A stretch of 64,000 bases of DNA from an uncultured Gammaproteobacteria bacterium (GTDB lineage Bacteria; Pseudomonadota; Gammaproteobacteria; GCA-001735895), in the NCBI GenBank assembly GCA_963835795.1, contig CAWIHJ010000023.1, forward strand, positions 9,059 to 73,058, read 5' to 3'. Below are positions 7,994 to 17,607 of the stretch, in pieces (the stretch's first letter is position 1; each line of letters opens with the position of its first letter). The translations under genes and the position numbers were made by a program. The notes beneath the pieces are model-generated. The model worked only from the letters and a program-made list of their open reading frames with translations, was not told the origin of the DNA and searched no databases.

Positions 7994-9439
7994 CTAGCCC
8001 AGGTTTCCGACCCAGGCAGGCGGCCGGTACAGGTTCCATTTGAAATGTTCCTCCAACTGCGACGCCAGTTGCAGCAGGACGTGATCCTGGCAGCTATGCC
8101 CCGCCAATTGTACAGCGCAGGGATGTTCGCCGGGATTCAGTTGAATTGGCAGCGACGCCGCGGGCTGCCCGGTCACGTTGCAAATATAGGCAAATGGCGC
8201 AAACGCATGGCCGGTTTCGCCCCAGGTCTCGAAGCTGAAATTCTTGGTACGGCTATCCATTGTGCCGACAGCAATCGGGTCGCTGCCGAGCGATGGGGTC
8301 AACAGCAGGTCCAGCTCGCGCATTGAGCCCATTAACTTGAGGCTTGCTGCGTGCGCACCGTGGCGGGCACGGTAGAGGTCCATCGCGGACAATCCGGCAA
8401 CGTGTTCACGCAGGTAGCGGGTCAGGGCTTCGAGTTCGTGATCTTCCGGCGCCCGGCCGATTTCCGCGATTCGATTTTCAATTTCGTAGACGATATCCAC
8501 CATCCACAGGTCTTCCATCCAGCTACCGAGGTTCAGATCCGTCGGATACTGGTAGGAACGGATTTCATGTCCCATGTCCGCAAGTACCGCGCTTACCCGA
8601 TCGACGGCCTCGGCCTGGGCGCCACCGACCTCAAGCCCGTAAGGTGTGGATTTACAGATGCCGATGCGCAATTTTTCCAGCGGTTGGTCGAGCGCAGCGA
8701 GATAGGATTCGACTGCGGGGCGCACGTGGTAGCGGTTACCGAGCAGTGGAGCGGCACTCGAGTCGAGCGCCGCGGCGCTGTCGCGCACCGAACGGGTCAG
8801 CACGTGATCGGAGTTGAAGCCGTTGGAAATCTCCTGGTAATAGGGGCCCACCGGGTTCAAGCCGGTGGTGGGTTTCAAGCCGAATACACCGCAACAGGCA
8901 GCGGGGATGCGAATTGAACCGCCGAGATCGGTAGCATGCGCCAGTGGCACCATGCCCGAGGCAACTGCCGCACCGGCGCCACCCGAGCTACCGCCGGTAG
9001 TCACCTCGGCATTCCACGGATTCAGGGTGACGCCACGAAATGTCGGCTCGCAAACGAAATCCTCGGCAAATTCGGGCGTATTGGTTTTGCCGAGAATGAT
9101 CAGCCCGGCGTTACGCCAGCGCGCTACCAGTTCACTGTCTGGCTTGCTGCTCGCGCCATCGAAAAAGCGCGATGAAAACGTGGTCGGCATGTCCGCGCTG
9201 AACTGATTCACGTCTTTCAGCAGAAACGGGCTACCGGCAATGGGAGTGTCCGGCAGGTCGGCTGATGCACGCTGCCGGGCGTTGTCATAATTGGTCATCA
9301 CCAGGGCGTTTAGCCGTTCATTCATCAGCTCTACCGCTGCGATAGCCGTTTCCGTCACTTCCTGCGCGGACAGGTCGCCCTGCTTGATTGCCGCGGCAAG
9401 GCCGACCGCATCCAGATCGGCATATTCACTGTATTTCAT
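7994..9439 (-). CDS. Amidase-signature family amidase
   Basis: GGSSGGAGAAVASGMVPLAHATDLGGSIRIPAACCGVFGLKPT is the amidase signature. Start chosen at the internal ATG 9439 (MKYSEYADLDAVGLAAAIKQGDLSAQEV); the track ORF extends to 9499. Confidence 0.85.
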   Translation of the reverse strand: MKYSEYADLDAVGLAAAIKQGDLSAQEVTETAIAAVELMNERLNALVMTNYDNARQRASADLPDTPIAGSPFLLKDVNQFSADMPTTFSSRFFDGASSKPDSELVARWRNAGLIILGKTNTPEFAEDFVCEPTFRGVTLNPWNAEVTTGGSSGGAGAAVASGMVPLAHATDLGGSIRIPAACCGVFGLKPTTGLNPVGPYYQEISNGFNSDHVLTRSVRDSAAALDSSAAPLLGNRYHVRPAVESYLAALDQPLEKLRIGICKSTPYGLEVGGAQAEAVDRVSAVLADMGHEIRSYQYPTDLNLGSWMEDLWMVDIVYEIENRIAEIGRAPEDHELEALTRYLREHVAGLSAMDLYRARHGAHAASLKLMGSMRELDLLLTPSLGSDPIAVGTMDSRTKNFSFETWGETGHAFAPFAYICNVTGQPAASLPIQLNPGEHPCAVQLAGHSCQDHVLLQLASQLEEHFKWNLYRPPAWVGNLG

Positions 9440-9661
9440 GGTTAGCCCTGGGCTGTGGAATAGCCGCCTATTAATACGGTATAACTCGCTCAAGATCAAA
9501 TCCAGGCTGGAAACCGGATGCGGCTAATCGACTGGGATAATGACTGCATTCGTTGCGCTGGGGCTGGGTTACATCCACTCACTCCAGGTAACATAAAATG
9601 ATAAGATCAGCAGCGACACCGTAGTTTAAACCTGACCGGGTGCCTCTCCGCTGGAGCCAAT

Positions 9662-11095
9662 ATGTCCGCACACAACATGCTCATCATCATGTCCGACGAA
9701 CACACCCGCTCGGTCATGGGGGCCTACGGTAATCCATTGGCGCATACGCCAACGCTGGATAGCCTTGCGGCCCAGGGTGTACGCTTTGACAACGCCTACA
9801 CGCCATCGCCCATTTGTATTCCGGCGCGTGCCAGCTTTGCCACCGGAACCCAGGTTTTCGAGCATCGCTGCTGGTCATCGGCCGAACCTTACTACGGCCA
9901 GCAACAGAGCTGGATGCATCGGTTGCGCGAACAGGGGCACGAGGTCGCCTCGATTGGGAAACTGCATTACCGCTCGGCAGCCGACGATGTTGGCTTTAGC
10001 GAATCGCTGTTGCCGATGTACCTGGCCAATAACGGCCGTGGCTGGCCACAAGGTCTGCAACGCAAGCCGATGGGCGACTTCCCCGATACGGTTGAGCTGG
10101 CTAAAGAATTGGGCCCTGGTGAAACAAGCTATACCCAATATGATCGTGACATTGCCGCGGCGGCCGTCGACTGGATAAGCCAGCGTTCTGGCAAGGTTTC
10201 CGCAAAGCCATGGGTGTTGTTCGTGTCGTTTATCTGTCCCCATTTTCCACTGTCGGCGCCACAGCAATTTTTCGATCTCTATGACGATGTCGAATTACCG
10301 TCGGCCTATGATCGTGATCCACAGACACGCCTCAAGCATCCGGTGATCGATGCCATGCGCGGGTTCTGGGACTACGCGGATTACTTCGATGCGGATAGCG
10401 AGTTGCTGGGGTTGAAAAACTACTACTCCCTGTGCAGTTTTCTCGATGACAATGTTGCGCAGGTGCTGGGCGCGTTACAGGTCAGCGGGCAGGATGCGAA
10501 TACGCAGATTGTTTATACCAGCGACCACGGCGACATGATCGGTAATCACGGTATCTGGTGTAAATCCTACATGTACGAGGATTCGGTCGGTATTCCAATG
10601 ACCTTGACGGGACCGGGTATCGAGCCGGGTACCAATTCGACCCCGGTATCGCTCACCGACCTCGCCAGCACCGTCGAACTGGCGGTGGGCGCGAACCCGG
10701 CACCTGCCGATCAGGATTGGCAGGGTCGCCCATTGCAGCATTTCCTCGGCGCACCCGAAAGCGAGCGGCTAGTGATCAGCGAGTACCACGACGGTGGCAG
10801 TCCCTGCGGTTTCTACATGCTGCGCCGCGGGCGCTGGAAACTGGTGTTTTTCGCCGAGGGCAATCCGCCGTTGCTGTTCGATCTCGAACTCGATGCGCGC
10901 GAAATGACCAACCTCGCGGAAGATCCGGCGCACGCGTCGATCCTGCGCGAACTGATCCGGCAACTGCATGAAATCCTCGATCCGCAAGCGGTCAATCAGC
11001 AGGCGTTTACGGACCAGGCGCAAATGATCGAGCGGCTGGGCGGCATGGATGTCATCCTGTCAATGCCGAGTTTCAACCACACGCCACTCGATTAG
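9662..11095 (+). CDS. Formylglycine-dependent sulfatase family protein (aryl/choline-sulfatase-like)
   Basis: N-terminal MLIIMSDEH and the C-x-P-x-R motif in TPSPICIPARASFATG; later YTSDHGDMIGNHG. 477 aa. Confidence 0.8.
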   Translation: MSAHNMLIIMSDEHTRSVMGAYGNPLAHTPTLDSLAAQGVRFDNAYTPSPICIPARASFATGTQVFEHRCWSSAEPYYGQQQSWMHRLREQGHEVASIGKLHYRSAADDVGFSESLLPMYLANNGRGWPQGLQRKPMGDFPDTVELAKELGPGETSYTQYDRDIAAAAVDWISQRSGKVSAKPWVLFVSFICPHFPLSAPQQFFDLYDDVELPSAYDRDPQTRLKHPVIDAMRGFWDYADYFDADSELLGLKNYYSLCSFLDDNVAQVLGALQVSGQDANTQIVYTSDHGDMIGNHGIWCKSYMYEDSVGIPMTLTGPGIEPGTNSTPVSLTDLASTVELAVGANPAPADQDWQGRPLQHFLGAPESERLVISEYHDGGSPCGFYMLRRGRWKLVFFAEGNPPLLFDLELDAREMTNLAEDPAHASILRELIRQLHEILDPQAVNQQAFTDQAQMIERLGGMDVILSMPSFNHTPLD

Positions 11096-12038
11096 ATCGA
11101 TTTAAGTTCCCCAATCCCTATGCCCTGTTCCCCGGCGAGGGCATAGAGCAGGTAAATGCGTCCGTCTTCCTGGTAAATGGCGGGATCGCGCAATTGATTG
11201 GCGCGCTGCATGATGCCGCCATAGCGAGATGCCGTAGCGGGTAAGTCAGCGCCTTCCCAGTCACGCCGGGCGCGGTGTACCTCGACGGCTGCGCCGAGGC
11301 GCCATCGCTGCCAGTCGCCATCGGTGTGCAAGGTCGATACCAGGATACGTTCCGGAGAATCGCCCACCCGCGTCCAGAACAGGTACCAGCGGCCTTCGAA
11401 TTGCAACAGCGCGTGGTGGCGAATCGGTTCGCTGGTAAGTTTGGGACCTGCTTCAAAGTCGGTGAGTCCATCGCGTGAACGGTACAACTGTGCCGGCATG
11501 GCGAGCGCGTAAAACCAGTCGTCGATACGAAACAGGCGCAGATAAGGGGAGCCCAGGATTTGCGGGCATGCGTTGAATTTCAGCCCGTTGTCGGAAACAG
11601 CAACCCGGCGTGCGCTGCAGGCCGTTGTCGAGACGGCCGTGATAGTAAAGGCACAGTTGTCTGATTTTCCTCGTCAATCCACAGGTCGGGAGAAGCGATG
11701 TGCGGGTAATTGCCGTCCTGATCGTTTTCGATGTAGCTCCTGGCCTCGGGATCGAGCGCTTCCATCGCGGGAGGAGTGAATGCGAAAAGGCTGTCTTCAA
11801 GTGCCAGTGGCGGTGGTTGCTGCAGTCGCCAGGGACCTTGCAGATGGTCGCTTAATGCCAGACGAATCGAGCGTCCCTCGTGATGCGCAAAGTAGAGCAG
11901 GTATTTTGCCGGGGCGGGATCGACCCAGGCGGGGCAACGAATCAGCGACGGCCCGTTGACGTTGCCATCGAGTTCGCTCCAATGATCAGCGCTGATGATC
12001 GGCGCATCGGTCAGGTAGTCAAACTTGAACACGCTCAC
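11092..12038 (-). pseudogene. Beta-propeller glycosyl-hydrolase-like protein of unknown function, last gene of ABC operon 1, two frame disruptions
   Basis: Three fragments read continuously after frame changes. Fragment 1: MSVFKFDYLTDAPIISADHWSELDGNVNGPSLIRCPAWVDPAPAKYLLYFAHHEGRSIRLALSDHLQGPW...DLWIDEENQ. Fragment 2: QLCLYYHGRLDNGLQRT. Fragment 3: RVAVSDNGLKFNACPQILGSPYLRLFRIDDWFYALAMPAQLYRS...YLLYALAGEQGIGIGELKSI*. Shifts are near 11655-11670 and 11601-11617. The family call rests on recalled motif resemblance only. Confidence 0.35.
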
Positions 12039-12048
12039 GCCTGCGCGT

Positions 12049-13692
12049 CTAAGCGGAGGTGACGCCCTTTTCGGCTCTCGCCTTCAGCAGGTCAGTCAGC
12101 CAGTCGGGATCCATCTCTGGCACCGACGACAGCAGCAACTCGGTGTATTCGGGGTAGGGTGGTGACAGAATTTCACTCTTCATGCCCTGTTCGACGACCT
12201 GGCCCTGCAACATCACCACGATTTGATCGGAGATGGCTTTCACCGTGGCGATGTCGTGGGTGATGAAGATGTAGGTCAGGTCGAGTTCGCGTTGCAGACG
12301 CAACAACAGTTCGAGAATACCTTTCTGCACGATCTGGTCGAGCGCCGAGGTGACTTCGTCGCAGATGATCAGTTCCGGATTAGCCGCCAGCGCACGCGCG
12401 ATGCAGATGCGTTGTTTTTGGCCACCCGATAACTCCGCCGGCAATCGATCGATAAAGGTTTCGTTGAGTTCGATCATTTCCATCAGTTCCATCAGGCGAT
12501 TGTCGCGTTCGCGCCCCCGCAGCCCGAGATAAAATTCGAGTGGACGGCCGATGATATCGCGTACCGTATGGCGCGGATTCATCGCCGTGTCGGCCATCTG
12601 GTAAATCATCTGGATCTTTTGCAATTGATCGACACTGCGACCAGCGAGTGTTGGCGGCAGGGCTTTACCGTCGAACAGAATCTGGCCCTTGGAGGGCGGC
12701 AACAGGCCGGTGATGACGCGTGCCGCGGTCGACTTGCCCGAACCCGATTCACCGACGATCGCAACCGTATGGCCACGCGGCACTTCGATGCTGACGTCGT
12801 CGAGCACCTTGGCACTGCCGGTGTAACTGGCATCGATGTGGTCGACCTTGAGAATAATGTCGCCCGAACGTTCTTCCGGTTTGTCGATCGAGCGCACCGA
12901 CCACAGTGACTTGGTGTATTCCTTTTCCGGATGCGACAGCATTTTGCGCGTCTCGGCGTCTTCGATGGTTTCACCGTAGCGCAATACCTTGATGATATCG
13001 GCCATTTGCGCGACCACCGCGAGATCGTGGGTGATGTAGATCGCCGCGGTGTGAAACTGTTCGACGATTTGTCGCATCGCGGCGAGCACTTCGACCTGGG
13101 TGGTTACGTCCAGCGCCGTGGTGGGTTCGTCAAAAATGATCAGGTCGGGGCGCGAAGACATCGCCATGGCAGTCATCACGCGTTGCAACTGGCCGCCGGA
13201 AACCTGGTGTGGAAAACGGTCACCGATGGTATCGGGGTTGGGCAACTGCAGGTCGCGATACAGTTTGCGCGCATCGGCCTTGGCCTCGGCTTCCGATTTG
13301 ATGTTGCGACGCACCGTCGACTCGACGGTTTGCTCGATCAACTGGTGCGCCGGGTTGAAGGATGCCGCCGCCGATTGGGCCACGTAAGCAATTCGGGCAC
13401 CGCGCAAGGCGCGTCTCTCGGCCGCCGGCATTTTGATCAGATCCATGCCGTCGAAGGTGATGCTACCGCTGGTAATGCGGCATCCGGCACGCGCATAGCC
13501 CATGGCGGCGAGCCCGAGCGTCGATTTGCCGGCGCCGGATTCACCGATCAGGCCCATGATTTCGCCGCGTCGCAGGGTGATGTCCACGCCCTTGACGATT
13601 TCATGCCAACGATCGTCGCTGTAGCCGTCGATCACGATATCGCGCATTTCCAGCAGGATATCGCCCTTTGTTCCCATTTTCTCTTCACTCAT
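12049..13692 (-). CDS. Dpp/Opp-type ABC transporter ATP-binding protein with duplicated ATPase domains
   Basis: Two Walker A motifs (GESGAGKST, GESGSGKST), two signatures ([18 protein letters not shown]) and two Walker B motifs ([22 protein letters not shown]). 547 aa. Confidence 0.9.
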   Translation of the reverse strand: MSEEKMGTKGDILLEMRDIVIDGYSDDRWHEIVKGVDITLRRGEIMGLIGESGAGKSTLGLAAMGYARAGCRITSGSITFDGMDLIKMPAAERRALRGARIAYVAQSAAASFNPAHQLIEQTVESTVRRNIKSEAEAKADARKLYRDLQLPNPDTIGDRFPHQVSGGQLQRVMTAMAMSSRPDLIIFDEPTTALDVTTQVEVLAAMRQIVEQFHTAAIYITHDLAVVAQMADIIKVLRYGETIEDAETRKMLSHPEKEYTKSLWSVRSIDKPEERSGDIILKVDHIDASYTGSAKVLDDVSIEVPRGHTVAIVGESGSGKSTAARVITGLLPPSKGQILFDGKALPPTLAGRSVDQLQKIQMIYQMADTAMNPRHTVRDIIGRPLEFYLGLRGRERDNRLMELMEMIELNETFIDRLPAELSGGQKQRICIARALAANPELIICDEVTSALDQIVQKGILELLLRLQRELDLTYIFITHDIATVKAISDQIVVMLQGQVVEQGMKSEILSPPYPEYTELLLSSVPEMDPDWLTDLLKARAEKGVTSA

Positions 13693-13698
13693 AGCTAC

Positions 13699-14652
13699 TC
13701 AGTCCTTCAGGCCGCTGGATTTATGCAGGAACCAGTCGACCACGAAATTGACCGCCACGGTCAGCAGCGCGATCGCGGCAGCGGGCAGCATCGGTGTCAT
13801 GGCGGCGGTGAAATCATACTCGGCAAACTGGATCAGGCCCGCGGTTTCGCGCACCATCGACCCCCAGTCGGCGGTGGGTGGCTGAATGCCGACACCGAGG
13901 AAGGAAAGGGCGGCTATGGTCAGGAATACGAAGCAGAAGCGCAGTCCGAACTCGGCCACCAGCGGCGGCATGATGTTGGGCAGAATTTCGCGGTACAGTA
14001 TCCAGAACATCTTTTCACCACGCAGTTTCGCGACTTCGACGTAATCCATGACCACGACGTTCAGCGATACCGCACGCGCGATACGAAATACCCGGGTCGA
14101 GTCGAGTACCGCGATGATGATGATCAGGTTGAGCGTGTTGGCGCCGAACATCGACAGCAGGATCAGCGCGAAGATCAGGCTCGGAATCGCCATCAATACA
14201 TCGACCGAGCGACTCAACAGGTTGTCGAGCAAACCGTTGTTATTGATCGCCGCGGTAATGCCGAGACCACCGCCGATGACAAATGCGAACAGTGTGGTGA
14301 CGAAGGCGATGCCGACCGTGTTGCGCGCGCCGTAAATCAGCCTGGAGAGCACGTCGCGCCCGAGTTGATCGGTGCCAAACATGTATTCGTCGCTCCACGG
14401 CGCGTAGGATAGCGAGAATATTTCGGCTTCACCGAACGGCGCCAGCAATGGCGCGAAAATGGCGAAAAAAACGTAAATGGTGATCACCGTGAGACCGAAC
14501 AGCGCGGTCGGCGGTGCGGTTTTCAGGCCTCGCCAGACGTTCTCTTTCAAGGTACGACGCGCCTTGATTACGCCGACTTCGCCGGCCGCCGAGTATCCCT
14601 GGTCGCCGAGATCTCCCGACTCTTCGGGAGTATTGTCTTTTGGATTATTCAT
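13699..14652 (-). CDS. ABC permease, DppC/OppC-like
   Basis: 317-aa multi-TM ORF with the binding-protein-dependent permease core (LGTDQLGRDVLSRLIYGARNTVGIA...). It overlaps the upstream permease by 4 nt. Confidence 0.85.
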   Translation of the reverse strand: MNNPKDNTPEESGDLGDQGYSAAGEVGVIKARRTLKENVWRGLKTAPPTALFGLTVITIYVFFAIFAPLLAPFGEAEIFSLSYAPWSDEYMFGTDQLGRDVLSRLIYGARNTVGIAFVTTLFAFVIGGGLGITAAINNNGLLDNLLSRSVDVLMAIPSLIFALILLSMFGANTLNLIIIIAVLDSTRVFRIARAVSLNVVVMDYVEVAKLRGEKMFWILYREILPNIMPPLVAEFGLRFCFVFLTIAALSFLGVGIQPPTADWGSMVRETAGLIQFAEYDFTAAMTPMLPAAAIALLTVAVNFVVDWFLHKSSGLKD

Positions 14653-15632
14653 CGTGGATGCAACAGCCGTGGGTTAGTGATGATGGATATGATGTCCGCA
14701 AACAGATTAAGCAGGATGTAGGTTGCCGCGAAAATCATCGCACAGCCCTGAACCACCGGAACATCGCGCGTGGTCACCGCATCCACCATCAGTTGCCCGA
14801 CCCCGGGATAAACGAACACCACCTCGACGACCACCACGCCAACCACCAGGTAGGCGAGGTTGAAAGCGATGACCGTGACGATTGGCGCCCAGGCGTTGGG
14901 CAGCGCGTGGCGCAGGATGATTTCTGCTTTGGACGCACCCTTGAGGTCAGCCATCTCGATGTACGGGCTTGCCATCAGGTTGATGATCGCCGCACGCGTC
15001 ATGCGCATCATGTGCGCGACGATGACCAGCGTCAGCGTCAGCGCGGGCAGGGCGGTCAGGTAGACCCGGTCCCAGAATTGTTCGTCCGGGCTGATATTGG
15101 CGAGCGATGGAAATACCTTGGTAAATGACGACAGTCCCAGTATCAGCAGGTAAGCAACGAAAAATTCCGGGAAAGAAATCGTCGTCAGGGTTAGCGCGTT
15201 TACCGTTCGATCGTAAATCGAGTTTCGATACAGGGCCGCGGTAATACCCAGGAACAGCGCCAATGGCACCGAGATGATGGCCGCCATCGACGCCAGGAAA
15301 AGCGTGTTGGCAAGTCGCGGCGCGAGTAATTCAATGACTGGTCGCGATCGATCGCTCCCTCCCGACGAGCCACGGCCAGAGAAGGAGTTGCCCATATCCC
15401 CGGTGAGGATACCGCCCAGCCAGTCGAAATAACGTTCGTGGATTGGCAGGTCGAGTCCCAGTTCGCGACGAAACGCGGCCACGGTTTCCGGCAGTGCCGA
15501 CTGACCGAGTATTGCCTGGCCAAAATCGCCTGGCAGGAATTCGATTGAACTGAACAGGATCAAGCTGACCACGAATAGCGTGACCAATCCCAGGCCAAGC
15601 CGTTGCAGTATGGTGCGTATCACTGGATGCAC
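14649..15632 (-). CDS. ABC permease, DppB/OppB-like
   Basis: 327 aa, starting MHPVIRTILQRLGLGLVTLFVVSLILFSSIEFLPGDF, with SPYIEMADLKGASKAEIILRHALPNA typical of DppB-type permeases. Confidence 0.85.
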   Translation of the reverse strand: MHPVIRTILQRLGLGLVTLFVVSLILFSSIEFLPGDFGQAILGQSALPETVAAFRRELGLDLPIHERYFDWLGGILTGDMGNSFSGRGSSGGSDRSRPVIELLAPRLANTLFLASMAAIISVPLALFLGITAALYRNSIYDRTVNALTLTTISFPEFFVAYLLILGLSSFTKVFPSLANISPDEQFWDRVYLTALPALTLTLVIVAHMMRMTRAAIINLMASPYIEMADLKGASKAEIILRHALPNAWAPIVTVIAFNLAYLVVGVVVVEVVFVYPGVGQLMVDAVTTRDVPVVQGCAMIFAATYILLNLFADIISIITNPRLLHPR

Positions 15633-15765
15633 AGTGTTTCCCCCTCAGATTTTGATGACCTTCAGCCACCGTTTTATAATCGGTCGCTTACAGCCTTTTA
15701 TTTTTTTGCTGCAAAAACATAGCGGGTAATGGGCGTCATTGCCCATTACCCGTGTTACTACCCTA

Positions 15766-17370
15766 TTAAGCGAACCACCAGCGTTCGGCGTTCTTGTTGC
15801 CGTCAAACTCCCAGTTACCGGCGAGTTTTTCAGGGGTGCCGATTTGCTTGCTCACCGCGTGGATGTTGTTGGCATACATCGGAATCAGCGCGCCACCGTC
15901 GTCGTTGACGAGTTCCTGGGCTTCGAAATACATGGCCTCGCGCTTCTTGGTATCGAGTTCCGAACGTGCCGCCAGTACCAGCTTGTTGAACTTGTCGGCA
16001 GCCGGACCGGTTCTCCAGTCGGTGTCGTTCCAGTTGCCGTCGGCCAGGTAGGCTGAAGTAAACATCCAGTCCGCAGTCGGACGACCGCCCCAGTAACAGG
16101 CGCCCCAGGCTTTCTTGTTCCACACGTTCGACCAGTAACCATCCTTTGGCTCACGCACCACGTTGATGTTGAGACCCGCATTGGAGGCCGAATCCTTGAT
16201 CAGCAGTGCGGCATCGACGGCGCCGGAGAAAGCCGCTTCGGAAGTGCTGAGATCGAGCGTGACGCCTTCCATACCGGCTTTCTTGAGGTGGAACCTTGCC
16301 TGGTCCGGATCGTACTTGCGCTGCGGCATCACGTTGTTGTGAAACGCCTGCGAGGCGGAAATCGGGTGATCGTTGCCCAATGCGCCATGGCCGAGCAGAA
16401 TCTTCTGTACCAGCGCTTCACGATCGACCGACAATTTCACCGCCATGCGCAGGTCATAGTTGTCGAACGGTGCTATGGTGACGCGCATCGGAAAGGTGTA
16501 ATGCAAGGTGCCGGTCACTTCGAGAATATTGATGTTCGGATTGCGTCCGAGCAGGTGAACCGTTTTCGGATCGACGCGGTTGATCGCATGCACGTCCTTG
16601 TTCATTACCGCATTTTGACGCGCAGTGGTGTCGATCAGGGCAATCATTTCGACTTCATCGAAATGTGCGCGGTCTGACTTGAAGTAGTTGGGATTGCGCT
16701 TGTAGGTAGTGCGTACGCCCGGCTCGAAGCGATCGATAATGTAACCACCGGTGCCGAAGCCGGCCTGCCAGTCCATTGCGCCGTTAAATTCCGGGAAAAT
16801 CGCGAAGTGATAGTCGCTCAGAATGAATGGGAAGTCGGCATTGCCTGCGTTGAGCTTGAAGGTGACTTCATTGGGCCCAGTCTTCTTCATGTCTATTACT
16901 GCTTCGATCAGCGATTTACCCGCCGATTTGGTATCTTCGCCCCGATGGTGATTCATCGATGCGATGACGTCTTCCGGAGTCACTGTCTTGCCGTTATGAA
17001 ATTCGACGCCCTTGCGCAACTTGATAATCCAGGTCTTGGCGCCGTCTTTGGCTTCGTAGCTTTCAGCCAGTTCGGGAACGAGTTCGCCGTTGTTGCCGAC
17101 TTCGAACAGGTGGTTGGCGTAGGTATAGACCATGTTTTGCATGAAGCCGTTTTCATGGGTGCCGGGGTCCAGCGAATCGGTCGTCGATCCGTGCGCGGTG
17201 CCCATGACGAACTTGCCGCCGCGCTTGGGCATGGCCGCATGTACGGATTGAGTCAGCAGGCTGGCTGCAAACGGGGCGGCAAGTCCCATTGCGCCGGCCA
17301 GGCGAATGAATTCACGACGTTCGAGTTTGCCTTCTCTCGTCGCTTTTTCGAGATCTTTGATATCTGCCAT
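15766..17370 (-). CDS. ABC substrate-binding protein, family 5 (DppA/OppA-like), Tat signal
   Basis: Twin-arginine leader ERREFIRLAGAMGLAAPFAASLL followed by a family-5 SBP body (PELAESYEAKDGAKTWIIKLRKGVEFHNGKTVTPEDV). 534 aa. Confidence 0.85.
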   Translation of the reverse strand: MADIKDLEKATREGKLERREFIRLAGAMGLAAPFAASLLTQSVHAAMPKRGGKFVMGTAHGSTTDSLDPGTHENGFMQNMVYTYANHLFEVGNNGELVPELAESYEAKDGAKTWIIKLRKGVEFHNGKTVTPEDVIASMNHHRGEDTKSAGKSLIEAVIDMKKTGPNEVTFKLNAGNADFPFILSDYHFAIFPEFNGAMDWQAGFGTGGYIIDRFEPGVRTTYKRNPNYFKSDRAHFDEVEMIALIDTTARQNAVMNKDVHAINRVDPKTVHLLGRNPNINILEVTGTLHYTFPMRVTIAPFDNYDLRMAVKLSVDREALVQKILLGHGALGNDHPISASQAFHNNVMPQRKYDPDQARFHLKKAGMEGVTLDLSTSEAAFSGAVDAALLIKDSASNAGLNINVVREPKDGYWSNVWNKKAWGACYWGGRPTADWMFTSAYLADGNWNDTDWRTGPAADKFNKLVLAARSELDTKKREAMYFEAQELVNDDGGALIPMYANNIHAVSKQIGTPEKLAGNWEFDGNKNAERWWFA

Positions 17371-17607
17371 TCTAAAATTCCTCAGGTAATTATTTGCATG
17401 AGTCCCTGTCTGGGATCTTGTTTAATCGGAAGTTTACTGTCCGCCAGAGTTAGACGGCGTTGAATGCACTTCGTTCATTCGGTCTTTGTAACATAGGACG
17501 GGGTAGCGTATCAATTTTTTACTGGGATTCCTGAAATGAGGGGTGGCTTACCCTGGCGGCCAGCTGCAATCACAGCATTTTTGCTCGACTACAACAATAA
17601 GCAGCGC

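Noticed and set aside
12931-14412. 493-aa ORF on the plus strand, along with similar long ORFs at 421..1326(-), 2460..3125(+), 4702..5946(+), 26536..27450(+), 30672..31400(-), 21996..22820(-), 44031..44690(-) and 18278..19027(+).
   Set aside because: All lie antisense to, or out of frame within, genes with clear family signatures. Their translations are low-complexity Arg/His/Gly/Asp-rich strings with no motifs. These are typical shadow ORFs of GC-rich DNA.
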